64,000 bases of DNA. Origin: Eledone cirrhosa. Taxonomy: Eukaryota. The notes under the pieces were generated by a model. The model was not told the origin of the DNA and made no database searches. It saw only the letters and a list, made by a program, of their open reading frames with translations. Location of the stretch: positions 48,608,001 through 48,672,000 of the forward strand of contig OZ024750.1 of NCBI GenBank assembly GCA_964016885.1, in the 5' to 3' direction. The position numbers and the translations under genes are program-made. Shown here in pieces: positions 40,166 to 53,578 of the stretch. Position 1 is the stretch's first letter. Each line of letters starts with the position of its first letter.

Positions 40166-40894
40166 TTTATTAGATGGGGGGGGGGGAGGGGGAGGCTGAC
40201 CCTGTGTCCATCTTTCTTTACAATTTGTTTGGCATTTTCTAAATCCTCCTGAGTTACCGTAATTGCTTCGAACTGTTTTGCTACTCTGGCAAAACTGAGG
40301 GTGGTTTTTTTAATGTCATTGTTGTTGTTGTTGCTATCGTTATTTTTGTTATTATTAATTTTAGTTTCAGTTGTGGTGGTGGTGACGTCAGTGAAAGTAG
40401 GTTAGGGAGAGTCTATTTTGGTTGAAAATATTTCGACATCACGAGTTGATTTATTTTTTCCTTTTGTTTCTGTTGTCGCAGTGGTGGTGGGGGTGGTGGT
40501 TGTCGCGGTGGTGGTGGTGGTGGCGGCTTTAACACCTGCAGTCATTGGTAATGGCGGGAAATGAATGTCTGCCTGAGACAAATTTAAAATATTGCTAGTG
40601 CTTAAATTATTTGTGTTGGAAGACGTATAATCATTTACAATGGTGGTGTCGGTGTGTGGTGTTAATTTTTGAGAAAGGCTTTCAGCTGCTTGGTGCAGTG
40701 GTGAATTAGCCATTTTTTTTTCAAAGAAATTTTTTGATAATCATAAAAGTTTAAATTTTGGGCGCAAGGCCCCAATCTTTTTGGGTGTCCTTTTCGGAAA
40801 ACAATGTATGTGCGCTTATATATAGTTAACAATAAAAATTTTCCATAAATGGCAATTTTTAACAAACGGAAATAACAAAACGGAAATAACAAAA

Positions 40895-41211
40895 CGGACG
40901 CGATGTACGCGTTAGCCACGCCGCTCGACCTTTCAGGGTTAGCTTCATCTCCGCCGATTTCTGGGTGAGAGAAGCCACCCTGCTCGTCACCTAGTCCCAG
41001 TTTTTGTCTGTCTGGAGGTCTGGACCGAACCAGACCCCTAGCAATTTAACCGGCCCGTCCGTCCAGCGCCCGACGACGCTGTTGGACGGCATGGACCTGC
41101 CACTCCAGGTGCCGAGCTGGAGGCCCAATGACTTTTCCTGGTTGATCATTGCTCCTGTCACCGGTTCGTATTCTCTTAGTGTAGTGCCGATCGCCTCGAT
41201 GTGTTTGGCGT
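40895..41211 (-). mobile_element. Extra fragment of Tx1 ORF2
   Basis: Diverged copy of ~36424-36741. Confidence 0.85.
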
Positions 41212-41231
41212 AAATATTTACATCTTCTAGT

Positions 41232-41311
41232 GCTATGACCGGCGGTTTCGCTTATCAAAAGATTTGAAATTCGGAAAATTTCCAAAGGAAAGATATAGCT
41301 CTTCAGATAGC
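41232..41311 (-). ncRNA. Canonical type I hammerhead ribozyme
   Basis: Minus strand: GCTAT-CTGAAGA-GCT...AGC-GAA-ACC GCC GGT-C-ATAGC. Confidence 0.8.
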
Positions 41312-41547
41312 TTTTCCAAATCTACTAGACATAAGTCCGCATAGATGTAGATGTATCACCCTCTGCCCAGTGAATGAATCAAGCCGTTAAAATGACCCAC
41401 ACTCTTATTGGACCGTTAGAAAAAGCAGGAATTATAGACTCGCTGATATTTCATGCTGCTAGAAATAGCAGTATGATACAGCATATTTTTCTCTCTACAT
41501 TAAGGTACTATGTACCCATGGAAAATATATGGTGTCTATAATAGTGG

Positions 41548-41678
<131 letters not shown>

Positions 41679-41714
41679 GTGTGTGCGTGTGTGTGTGTCA
41701 TAGAAAAAAGTTTG

Positions 41715-41910
41715 ACCCCGACGGCAGTGCTCAAGCCGTTTCGACGGCCTTTTCTTGACTGAATTCAATTTAATCCAGAAATAGCCGTCGAAATGGCTTG
41801 AGCTCTGCCGTCGGTGTCATACATTTTCCTATTATCCATTCTACTACCCTAAATATTGAGTACTCTGGTGCGTTATGGTCCATCTGGTTCCTTACCACAA
41901 CTCCTTCGTT
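41715..41910. repeat. Short repeat with internal hairpin; related inverted copy at 50078-50250
   Basis: Shared gaccccgac..gctcaagccgtttcgacggc and ctggttccttaccac segments. Confidence 0.7.
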
Positions 41911-43607
41911 ATATATATATGTATACTTATACATTTATACTTATACTCGGATTATTTTCCTAGAGTGCTTAAACTATCTGTGACTAATCCCGTTTTTTTT
42001 TATAAAAACTGTGATAATATTGCTATTTGCTGAACTCCTATTGTAGAGTATTTTTCAGAATGTATTTGACTGCTATTTCTTGTAAATAAACATTCACTTT
42101 CATCCTGACGTCACTAACCCCGTTTTTCCTCATGTGCTTTTTCATAATCACGCATGATGGCGAACTAGCCAGTTTTAGAATTCCCTTTTCGGCTTATAAA
42201 ACTGTGGTAGCCCTGGTTATCTGTTGACCATCTCCACTGAAAGTTTTCATGAAATAGTCTTTTTTGAGTATACAGAGTATTTGATGTTATTCCAAATTGA
42301 AGGATAAGTGTTTTAGACTTTATTTTATCATGAGTTAAAGGTCTATTGATTTTTCCCTGGATTTCACTAAATTCTGTGGATGAATTTGTATCCTGATTCT
42401 CTTTTGAGATGAGTTTGAATTATATTTCATAAATCTTACGTTAACTACTTTTCCCATCTTGACGACATAGTCGCATATATATGTTATAGAATACTATTAG
42501 CTTCTCGCTAAAACATTTTCTATACCTTTCATTTATGTATATATATATATATATCTAAGAAAATGAACTTTATTATTATAAAAAAAACGAGAAGTCCTAC
42601 GCGGGTGAAAGTTTAAGATAGAGAAATCGATAATGCAATTGGAGTCTTTAAGAACATATATTTATTTCCTTTCCCGGTTTCACCGTTCTTCTGCTTTTCC
42701 AAACTATAATTGAGATGGGGGGTTTGTGTATGTTCATAAATGTGTGATCATTCCAGCCAGATGGCATTAGTCAACCCGATGTCATAGCAGTCACTTGCAA
42801 AAGGTAGCCCATAGTACCCCGAGTCCAGATCCCCGGGTGACAATACCTATTATTGCCTTCAATTAAAATAATGTCTGTTAAGGTAACTTTATATAAATAT
42901 GTGCACTTAGATCTCTCTCTCTCTATAGAAATATGTTCATTTCTAAAAAGTAATATTTATTGTTTAAAATATTAAAAGGTTGAATTTATATTTTTTAAAG
43001 TTATTTTTCTATGAAGCCATATTATATAAAAATATAAAAATAATTCAATATCCGAAGCATTTATTTTTTCTTGAAAAACTGTTGGTATTTCTTTGTACTT
43101 TTGACATTTCTGGGAATTTACAATATTTTAATATATTCTTCAGACTCGTGTGGTCTTCATTTAAAACAATGAAAATAATATTTCGAGAATTGTTTAATCA
43201 CCCACGCACACATACGCACGAACACACTTATGTATATATATATAGATATAGATATATATGTATGCATATATGTGTATATGTATTTATGAATGTATGTATG
43301 CATGTATGTTTTATTTATGTATGTGTGTATGTTTGTATGTATTCGTATGTAAGTATGGATGGATGTAAGCATATATAATTGTTATTTTTACATAGGTCAG
43401 TGATGCTATATGTTCTAAGAGAATGTATTTGTTGATTTATGAAAATGTCAAAGGTATAATTTAAAATATACTAGGTAGCAATATAGCGATATTTTAGAGT
43501 TAACAGTAGTTGACGTGAAGAGATCTCATGTCACAGACATACACTTTCATAACCAAGTACCATTTTCTAAAACATTCTATCTAACTATCCATCGATGTCT
43601 GTATATA

Positions 43608-43701
<94 letters not shown>

Positions 43702-43706
43702 TATAT

Positions 43707-43745
<39 letters not shown>

Positions 43746-43852
43746 TTTGCATAGGGTTGAATAATCCCTAATATATTTCCACTATCCAGTGATTTTCCAT
43801 CCGATAAGGTATGAATTTGATGGGTATGTCTCTATTTATAAAACAAACTTTC

Positions 43853-43916
43853 TATTTTATCTGATGAAAGCGTACCAATTTTGTGTTGGTAACCTAGAAA
43901 TATATATAATAAAATA
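43853..43916 (+). ncRNA. Type I hammerhead ribozyme (family B); mutated paralog at 45460-45520
   Basis: TATTTTAT-CTGATGA-..TACCAA/TTGGTA..-GAA-ATATATAT-A-ATAAAATA. Confidence 0.65.
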
Positions 43917-44049
43917 AATATGGTTTGATAAATAAAGTTTGCATTTATTTAATATCATTGAATATTTACTCCAGTAAATTGTTGAGTGCTCTAAATCAGT
44001 TACAACATTTATATTTGACGGACGTCCAACACATTAAATACCCTTTCTA

Positions 44050-44103
<54 letters not shown>

Positions 44104-44185
44104 ATATTGAATAGTCTATATGCTTCCCTTTTAAGTTCCATATAAAATGTGAAAGTGAAGTAGAAGATTATATATATATATATGA

Positions 44186-44257
<72 letters not shown>

Positions 44258-44469
44258 TACTTGGGGAGGGTCATATTTGCGTAATATTGCCAGAATTAAT
44301 AACAGAACACACTCACTGTTTGCTTGGTTTTCGCTTCTCGCTGTCTTTTATTATATCTGCGATCTAACTTACTTGGTCCTCAATGTTGCCATTGACTGAC
44401 CCGCGGTCAAAAATAATACAGATACAATATAGACACAAACACATATATATATATATAGTTTACATAATT

Positions 44470-44512
44470 CACATAAATCTTTCGTTGCACATCTGCAACA
44501 TCGTCAGTGGTG
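44470..44512 (-). ncRNA. Minimal hammerhead motif between (TA)n tracts
   Basis: Minus strand: CA-CTGACGA-T-GTTGCA GATG TGCAAC-GAA-AGATTT-A-TG. Confidence 0.55.
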
Positions 44513-44544
<32 letters not shown>

Positions 44545-45993
44545 CTTTTAAAATCTTCTTAATTTTAATTTTTAATTTTTAATTCTTACGTTATTATTTT
44601 TCTCATGACAACCTCGAAAGATATATATTTTTAGATGAAGTTTCATAATCATTAACTGACATTAGAAAAAGTTATCCTCTTGACAACAGTTTCTTAGATA
44701 AGCACATTACGCTTCTCCTCTTTTTTGATGTTTTTGATTTTCAAACATTCACACATCTTTTGACTAAAATAATTAATCTCACACTAACTCTTCAAATTGA
44801 TCGATTTAAAAAACAACATTGGAGTGATCATTCCTTTTTCAATCGTGTAAACTTATTATATACGTAAATTCACTAAATTAACAATATTATGAAAATATTT
44901 TCAACGCTGAACAAAACATTCAAATCTATAAATTGTCCCCTCTAATAAATTGAAATACCTATTTATTTACATAAAACACAAAATCAACTTCCCTCATAAC
45001 TCGTGTTATAAACAACTAATAATTGTAAATTATTTATATCTCTTTAATATTCAGTTATTAATATATACAGATATTTATACATATAACCTACTACAACATT
45101 GTAATAGGATAAATACATACAATCATAAATCTTCATATAACTATATACATAATATAGGTAAATATTCAATTATTTTCCAAAAAATTAACCTAAGTATGAG
45201 GTCTATTTTTTTTGCCTTTTTCTTTTTTTTTCTTTTTCTTCCTTTTCTTTCTCTCCTACTAACACAAACACATATCTAAATTCTCCATAGCGCCTAAACT
45301 AACGTTTTTTTCAAACATATAACTCAACCTCATTTACATATTCATTTCATACTCATCTTAACAATTTTGAAAATCTGTCTTTAAGTCCACTATCCAAGAA
45401 AAACTTCAACCGTTAAGGTATGTTCCTTAGCTATGTCAATATTTATAAAACACACTTTGTATTTTATCTGTTGAAAGCTTACCAAAGTTGTTGGTACCCT
45501 TGAGATATATACAGGAGAATAAATATGGTTTTATAAAAATAGTTTCCATATATTTAATATCATTGTATATATATATAACAAAATAAAGTAAAATAATGGG
45601 GGGGGGGGCGTGTTAACAACGATAGGTGTCTGTGTGTTGGGAGAAACAAATAAAAATAAAATTTGTTCAACACTGACAGTGTTGAACAAATGAGCAACGA
45701 TGGTTGCTAGACACTGTACGGCTTAATTCTGGATGTTTGTTTACAAACACACAGAGCATTATAATAAATGTTCGGTCAATCCAAACGTACATATATGTAT
45801 GTGTTCATGTATGTATATATATACATACTACTGTACGTCTGTATACATATATGTATGTACGTATACATACTTATATTTAAGTAACAGCCGTATTAAGAGT
45901 GAGAAATGGAATTTCGTTTCATTTTTTCCGTTTATATATATATATATATGCATATATATACACACTCGCTCTTACATGAACACACAAACATAC

Positions 45994-46025
<32 letters not shown>

Positions 46026-46079
46026 GTATATATATGTATTTGTGTGTATTCATGTGAGAGCAAGTGTGTATATTTGTCT

Positions 46080-46140
<61 letters not shown>

Positions 46141-46280
46141 GACTAAAATCCAAAGAGAGATCGATAATTAATAATATATATTAAATATATAAGAACCGTA
46201 GAGCAAATATTCATTAAAAAAATAGATTAAATTTTAAGCCAAGAATCGCTGTTTTCAGACTTAACGGGATCTTCTGAAAC

Positions 46281-46367
<87 letters not shown>

Positions 46368-46480
46368 CACAAATGCAGATGTGACTGATTAGCCTGTCTG
46401 TTAATATGCAAATCAGGCCGATCAGTTACAGCATATCTCTGAAAATAGCATATATTTTCACTAGCTCTGACAGTTGGCAG

Positions 46481-46546
46481 GTGAACTGTGAGCTGTACTG
46501 ATGACGGATGATACCCAGAAACATTAGTGTCTGCTGTTCTGTTCAC
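46481..46546 (+). ncRNA. Type I hammerhead ribozyme (family C, copy 1); copy 2 at 46922-46987
   Basis: GTGAAC..CTGTA-CTGATGA-CGGATGATACCCA-GAA-ACA TTAG TGT-C-TGCTG..GTTCAC; repeat period 441 bp. Confidence 0.65.
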
Positions 46547-47066
46547 ATGCCAACACAAGAGCAAGAATGAAGGGTTCATTCTACTGACATGTCTATAAAA
46601 AAAGAAGTTTGTTTGCATACTTGCAAACGAATCGATTATTATTATCAACATTCGTAAAACTCAGATTACATTTATTGTATTCAGCCATGTTGAGCGAAAA
46701 TGTTCTTATTTTATTTGAATTTGGCAAAGCCGGCAATTTATCGCTCGAATACAGGAAACTGACTGGTCAGTCTGCTGATATGCAAATATAGCTGATCAGT
46801 AGATCTGCTAACATGCATATCTAACTGTTCAGCCAGTCTGCCAATATGTAAATCCGGCTGATCAGTCAGTGCTAAATATTTCAAAATAGCTTATATTTTC
46901 ACTAGCTCTAACAGTTGGTAGGTGAACAGTGAGCTGTACTGATCAATGGTGATACCCAGAAACTTTAGCGTCTGCAGTTCTGTTCACATGCCAACACAAG
47001 ATCAAGAAGGGTTCATTCTACTGACATGGCTATATAGATGAGGCTTGTTTGCATAAGTGCAAACGA

Positions 47067-47247
47067 GGTGGATTGGCTGTATCGGTAGAGAGTCGGACAA
47101 CATGCTTTGAATCATAGAGTTACCTCCCTTTATGATCTGAGTTCAAATCCCGCCGAGGTTAATTTTGCATTTCATCCTTACGGGGTCGATAAAATAAAGT
47201 AATGTACTGGGTAATTGCTGGCCTTGTGCCAAATATAGAAACAATTA
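47067..47247 (+). mobile_element. tRNA-derived SINE
   Basis: Same SINE family. Confidence 0.85.
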
Positions 47248-47269
47248 TTAATATTCGAAACATTCAGAT

Positions 47270-47304
<35 letters not shown>

Positions 47305-47363
47305 GGAGGGTCATATTTGTGTAATATTGCCAGAATTAATAACAGAACACATATATATATATA

Positions 47364-48203
47364 TAGGGCGGGTAAAACTCCCGAGATCCATGGACGAGTC
47401 CTCTCTAGCGGTCTCTGTCCCTCATTATCGCTGCCATGTCCTGAGTCTTCAACAAACCAGTGTCTGTCCTTAGGGCATCAACATATGTTAACTTCGGTCT
47501 TCCTCTTCCAGTGTGTCCATGCAAGGGGTCCCACAGGAGCACTGAGAGCAATGCCAACTCTGGATGTCGGTGAGCATGTCCAGCTAACCTCAGTCTCCTC
47601 TGTGTCACTTTTCAGCTGACATTTGGGAGGTTTTCATCCTCAGTGTATACTGATTAATGTTCAGAGCCATCATCAGCATTCTCAGGTAGCACCCATCCAC
47701 CCTCTGAGTGAGTTTATTGGTCAGTGTCCACGTCTCAGACCTGTTCCAGCAACACAGAATCCACCACAGCAATGAAGAGGCGGATTTTCTTTACGAAGGT
47801 CCGACTTCCACACCGATCTCAAGCTGTGGCACGCCGCCCAAACTTTGCTCTTCCTCTCAACGACATCATCTTCCGTATTCCCAATCTTTACTCCCAAATA
47901 CAGGAATCACTCAACCAATTCTAGCGTCTTCCCGCCTACATTAGTGATTCCCCTCTGGCTTCTCAACATTCTCTACCAGATATTTTGTTTTAGTCTCATT
48001 CATTCTCAGCCCCACACTCTTCGACACAGTCTCAACCTCCCACATCAAATCGTGTGCCTTCTTCACTGTATTTGTCACCAAAACTATGTCGTGGGCACAT
48101 TTTTGGGAGGCTCCCGTATATCTCTGAGTTCTTCATCCTTAGTGTTTGCTGATTAATGTTCCGAGTCATCCTCAGCATGCTCATGTAGCACCCATCCACC
48201 ATG
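47364..48203 (-). mobile_element. RTE-like LINE 3' fragment with internal deletions and rearrangement
   Basis: Homologous to 57922-58680. Confidence 0.8.
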
Positions 48204-48623
48204 TCAAAGGTATATATTGAGTTAGAAACTCAAAATAGTCACTTATAATTAAATAGCTCGAGGAAAGAGATTTTTCCGAGCCGTATAGTAGATTTTCGTA
48301 GCCGCATCGATTTTTTTCCGTGCCGTACGATTTGAACTCATATATGTATATATCTGTGTTTATCTATCTTTTATATTCAATTATACCATACGGCTCGGAA
48401 AAATCTATTTCCTTGAGCTATTTAATTGTAAGAGACTATTTTGAGTTTCGAACTCAATATACACGTTTGATATATTCAATCTAGATGTCGAGTAAACTTG
48501 GCTGATATTTTACTTGTGTGAGTTTGTGAGACACGCTAGGTTCTGATGCCATGTGCGTTATTTTATATACGCACACTATTTAGTTTTCTGATATACTTAG
48601 AAGTGCAGAGTTCACTAATTTTA

Positions 48624-48701
48624 CACCCACTGATGGGCAATAATTGGTGATTCCCTTCACAACAAAATTGCGAAACAGCATCACCACACGCTGTCTGGGT
48701 G
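48624..48701 (+). ncRNA. Type I hammerhead-like motif (A9G)
   Basis: CACCCA-CTGATGG-GCAAT...ATTGC-GAA-ACAGC ATCACCACAC GCTGT-C-TGGGTG. Confidence 0.65.
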
Positions 48702-48908
48702 ATTGGTAGTTACCACAATTCCTGTTTGTATTGATGTATTCTTAACTTGAGTCTAGTAAACCCTATTGTCAATAATTAGTATATGTTTCACCCTAGCGAA
48801 TCTGGCCCCTTACGATTTGAAGACATGTGTGTATATATCTTAGTTTATCTCTCTTTTATATTCAATTATACTATATATATATATATATATATATATAAAT
48901 ATATATAT

Positions 48909-50065
48909 ATTAGAATTGTAGCTCTGAAATAGCAATATATATATGGATGTAAATATAATGTATTTTGCAATACACTTTATGCTTAATTAAAAGCATTTTG
49001 AAGACCGTAAGCTATTGTTTTAAAGTAGTGACAAATTCACTCACTTCGATCTCAGCAAACAGGAGGAGATAAGCCGACATGACATGTTTCGCTTTTGTTG
49101 AAGCTTATCAAGGCCAACTACCCCGCCCGTCCGCTGAGATCAATGATGTTATATTCTTATAGAAATCTAGTAAATAATTAGGAGCTGATTATGCAGAGCG
49201 GTTGTTGGTCCGGCAGAAATTAAAAATTAGAATTGTAGCTCTGAAATAGCAATATATATATGGATGTAAATATAATGTATTTTGCAATACACTTTATGCT
49301 TAATTAAAAGCATTTTGAAGACCGTAAGCTATTGTTTTAAAGTAGTGACAAATTCACTCACTTCGATCTCAGCAAACAGGAGGAGATAAGCCGACACGAC
49401 ATGTTTCGCTTATTTACATCCATATATATATTGCTATTTAAGAGCTACAATTCTAATTTTTAATTTCTGCCTGACCAACAACCGCTCTGCATAATCAGCT
49501 CCTGATTATTTACTAGATTTCTATAAGAATATAACATCATTGATCTCAGCGGACGGGCGGGGTAGTTGGCCTTGATAAGCTTCAACAAAAGCGAAACATG
49601 TCATGTCGGCTTATCTCCTCCTGTTTGCTGAGATCGAAGTGAGTGAATTTGTCACTACTTTAAAACAATAGCTTACGGTCTTCAAAATGCTTTTAATTAA
49701 GCATAAAGTGTATTGCAAAATACATTATATTTACATCCATATATATATTGCTATTTCAGAGCTACAATTCTAATTTTTAATTTCTGCCTGACCAACAACC
49801 GCTCTGCATAATCAGCTCCTGATTATTTACTAGATTTCTATAAGAATATAACATCATTGATCTCAGCGGACGGGCGGGGTAGTTGGCCTTGATAAGCTTC
49901 AACAAAAGGGGAACATGTCATGTCGGCTTATCTCCTCCTGTTTGCTGAGATCGAAGTGAGTGAATTTGTCACTACTTTAAAACAATAGCTTACGGTCTTC
50001 AAAATGCTTTTAATTAAGCATAAAGTGTATTGCAAAATACATTATATTTACATCCATATATATAT
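48909..50065. mobile_element. 317 bp hammerhead-containing tandem repeat with an internal inversion (retrozyme-like / non-autonomous PLE)
   Basis: ~1.6 units on the minus strand (48909-49411), then ~2 units on the plus strand (49412-50065); (TA)n on both sides. Confidence 0.85.
49568..49611 (+). ncRNA. Type I hammerhead with U3:A8 core; identical minus copy at 49072-49115, mutated copy at 49885-49928
   Basis: GGCC-TTGATAA-GCTT CAACAA AAGC-GAA-ACAT GTC ATGT-C-GGCT. Confidence 0.75.
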
Positions 50066-50250
50066 ATATATATATATAACGAAGGAAATGTGGTAAGGAA
50101 CCAGGTGGACCATAACGCACCAAAGTACTCAATACTTGAGGTAGTAGAGTGGGTAATAGGAACCAGTAAGACCCCGACAGCTGAGCTCAAGCCGTTTCGA
50201 CGGCTAATTCTGGACTCTAGTCCAGAATTAGCCGGGGTCTTACTGGTTCC

Positions 50251-50282
<32 letters not shown>

Positions 50283-50346
50283 ATAATATATATATATATA
50301 TAGTATAATTGAATATAAAAGAGAGATAACCTACGATGTATACACC

Positions 50347-50377
<31 letters not shown>

Positions 50378-52533
50378 GTATATGTATATACAATTTTATT
50401 GTGTTTATATGCTTAAAAAATATTTAAAAAATGGAAATTAAGTTTACAACTAGGATAGTAATGTATTAAAACTTATCTAAATGTCTTAGTAACAGAACTA
50501 TATCCCGCTATTGAAGTTTGTCTAAGAATGTTCAGTAATGTTTTATTGAACCATATCAGCGCATTTTAAAATGTTGACTGTATTTCATTAATATGTGCGT
50601 GGTCACTTGGTTTATCAGTCCATTGGTTCCATTGACATTGATAAGTATGTGGCTTTCACTCTTAATGTAAACCATGTTTGTAAGGTTTTCAATGATTAAT
50701 TTCTATCATTATATTCGCTAATCTATAGTGGCATAGTGGGTTGAGTGGTGTGTTTAGACATCAATGAACTTGTTTTAGTTTTTCGACAGATATTCGAGGA
50801 TTCGTTTGATTTAAAACTGTGTATGAGAAACTTTGTATTATGGCGACAATTTTTGAACTAACTTTTAGAAATGTAAATCAGTATGAGTTAAAAATGCCAG
50901 TTTCTCTAAGTTGATGCTTTATCTATGATTACGAGTCTGATATTGCTGATTAGTCCTGTATACTTTGATTGTTAAATATATTTCGATGGTTCTGTGTTGT
51001 GTTCTCAAATGACAATTGATAAGTTACAGAGCTGGAGTCAATCATCTCAGCAAATGATAGTTTCTCATAAAATGCGCCATACCACAGAAAGGAAAATTAA
51101 GTAAGGCAACGACATTAAATTTGGTAATCAAAAACCCCTCTCAGACCAGTCCCATATCCATTATTCTCAAAGATAATGTTTACAGAATTACGGAATTATA
51201 TTATGAACTGACAACATTATTCATAGTTTAATATACAGGTTTGTATAAATACCTTTTTTAATAACATTCCTTTGAAAATAATCCTGTTTTTTGTTTCAAT
51301 TAAATATCCTTATTGCTACATCTCGGTTAACCCGCAGGGTGTGTACTTTTCTCTGTTTGTATTGTCATTGTTATTGTTTGGATTTGCATCACCTCTGTTT
51401 GGAGTGAAACAAGAACAAAAAATAACTGTATATCAGATCTGACCAAGGAAACAGCATTGCCATTGTCTTTCTATTACTGATGGTATCTGTAATAGAAAGA
51501 CAAAGGCAATGTAGTCAGTCGTTGAAATATGTGGAAGAAAATATCAGGACAGCCCCGAATTAAATGCTGCAATGATAACCTCAAATAATGGGTAATTAGT
51601 CTGACACATTAATTAGTCTGCCAACTTTGCCACTCTTGTGTGCCAAACATACTATAAATAATGTTTACTTTTTATAATGACTGCTTTACATGGAATGTGG
51701 TAGTTTGTAACACGTCAAGAAACCATTTTGATTTACTATCACTTTCGTCCGATTTGCAGTTTATCGTGTAAAATACATGAAAAAAGTCGTCTTTAATATA
51801 ATAGAAACGTAGAGTGAAGATATGATTTTCCTATGCGAATACAATGTAGGGAATAACATCAATCGCAATTATTTTATATAAACTGAAATTACTTGTCCAT
51901 CACAACAGAATTACCAAATATAGTGTATTAACGAAATAGTATACTCAGTATTCCATGAAATAACATGAGCAAATGTGATCGATGATTTTGAAGTTCGACG
52001 TTGTTTGCAATAGACATTTGAACAGCTATTCGAAATGGATATATATTTAGGATTATTAAGTGTTGAAGAGTTAATTAAGAAAGACTGTTGCTTGTTCATA
52101 CCTAACTACCGGTATTAGTTAAGGAAATAACTGGTCTACGTGAGAGACTTGATTATCTTGTATAAAGGAAATATTACTAATGGAATATATGCATCACGAT
52201 AATTATTTATCTTTAATAGATATTCTATTGTAATTGTATTCATGTGTAAATTGGGAGAAAATGGTAAAGAGACTGGCAGAAATATTGACAGGTATGTAGA
52301 TAGTCAAATAGGTCGATATGTATGTAAATAGGCAAATACGTGGAGATCTAATGATGGCGTTTCATATGTTTTTAGATAGATATGTAAATATGTATGTAGT
52401 TAAATATCTACATGATAAATCATTGGAAGAGTCGACATAAACGCTGTTTCATATAAGGATGGGCAAATATTTTCATAGATATGATGTTAAACAGTAATCA
52501 TGTTATAGCATTGTTATAATTATCTAATGATAA

Positions 52534-53127
52534 GTATCTACTTTTGGCACAAGACCAGTAATTACACCAGTGCATTACTGGTACTTGATTTTATCGACCA
52601 CGTAAGGATGAAAGGCAAAGTTAACCTCGGCGGTATTTGAACTCCGATCAATAAAGGGACGTAACTCTATGCTGGAAAGCATTGCTTCCGACCCTCTACC
52701 GATTCTGCCAATGCACCGCCATTTGATTATATAATAAAGGCGGCGGATTGCCAGTATCGGTAGAGGGTCGGACGCCATGCTTTGACGCATTGAGTTACGG
52801 CCCTTGCCATTCTGAGTTCAAATCCCGCCGAGGTTAACTTTACCTTTCATCCTTACGGGGTCGATAAAATAAAGTACCAGTAATACACTGGGTTATTGCT
52901 GGCCTTGTGCCAAAAGTAGAAACTATTATATTATATAATAATTGTTTCTACTTTAGGCACTAGGCCAGTAATTATTCAGTACATTACTGGTACTTTATTT
53001 TATCGACCCCGTAAGGAAGAAAGGCAAAGTTAACCACGGCGGGATTTGAACTCAGACTGTAAAGGGGCGGAACTATGCTAGAAAGTATGGCGTCCAACCC
53101 TCAACCGATACTGCCAATTCACCGCCC
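52534..53127. mobile_element. Three SINE copies (-,+,-)
   Basis: Same SINE family; head-to-head and tail-to-tail junctions. Confidence 0.85.
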
Positions 53128-53466
53128 TATATTATATAATAATGGCAAGCAAACAATCGTCGAAAATGCATCGCATTGTATATGTATTTCTTGCTTGAAG
53201 AATGATTAGATGAGGTTGTGTTGCATGATGTAGTGTAGAATGTAGGGTGTATAATTTTACTATTTTACTGCTTTTACTCTGTGAAATGAAATCATGCTTT
53301 GACACCGCATTCAATTTGATTATTTTCGTTTCTATTATTCGATCAAATTCACAACAGCATGGATACGAGTCTCAGTATCTGGCATCATTTCTTGATCTCA
53401 TAGCAAATTATTGGCATCATCCTATATAACACATATTTACAAACGCACGCATTCTCGCTACCACAC

Positions 53467-53533
<67 letters not shown>

Positions 53534-53578
53534 GAGAGTAAAACAAAGAATCCTTTAATACATCAAAAGTTTTTATTA

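Larger units (their letters stand above)
35176..40890 (-). mobile_element. Near full-length L1/Tx1-clade LINE
   Basis: ORF1 with CCHC knuckle, APE endonuclease remnants (RLVAVYAP, SYLDRVF, YTDHKFV, GPGYWKLNASL), RT and C-terminal CCHC; 3' end abuts (ATT)n. Confidence 0.9.

Noticed and set aside
48909-50065. CRISPR array or prokaryotic system
   Set aside because: Repeats are whole 317 bp units with no unique spacers, there are no cas genes, and the context is eukaryotic
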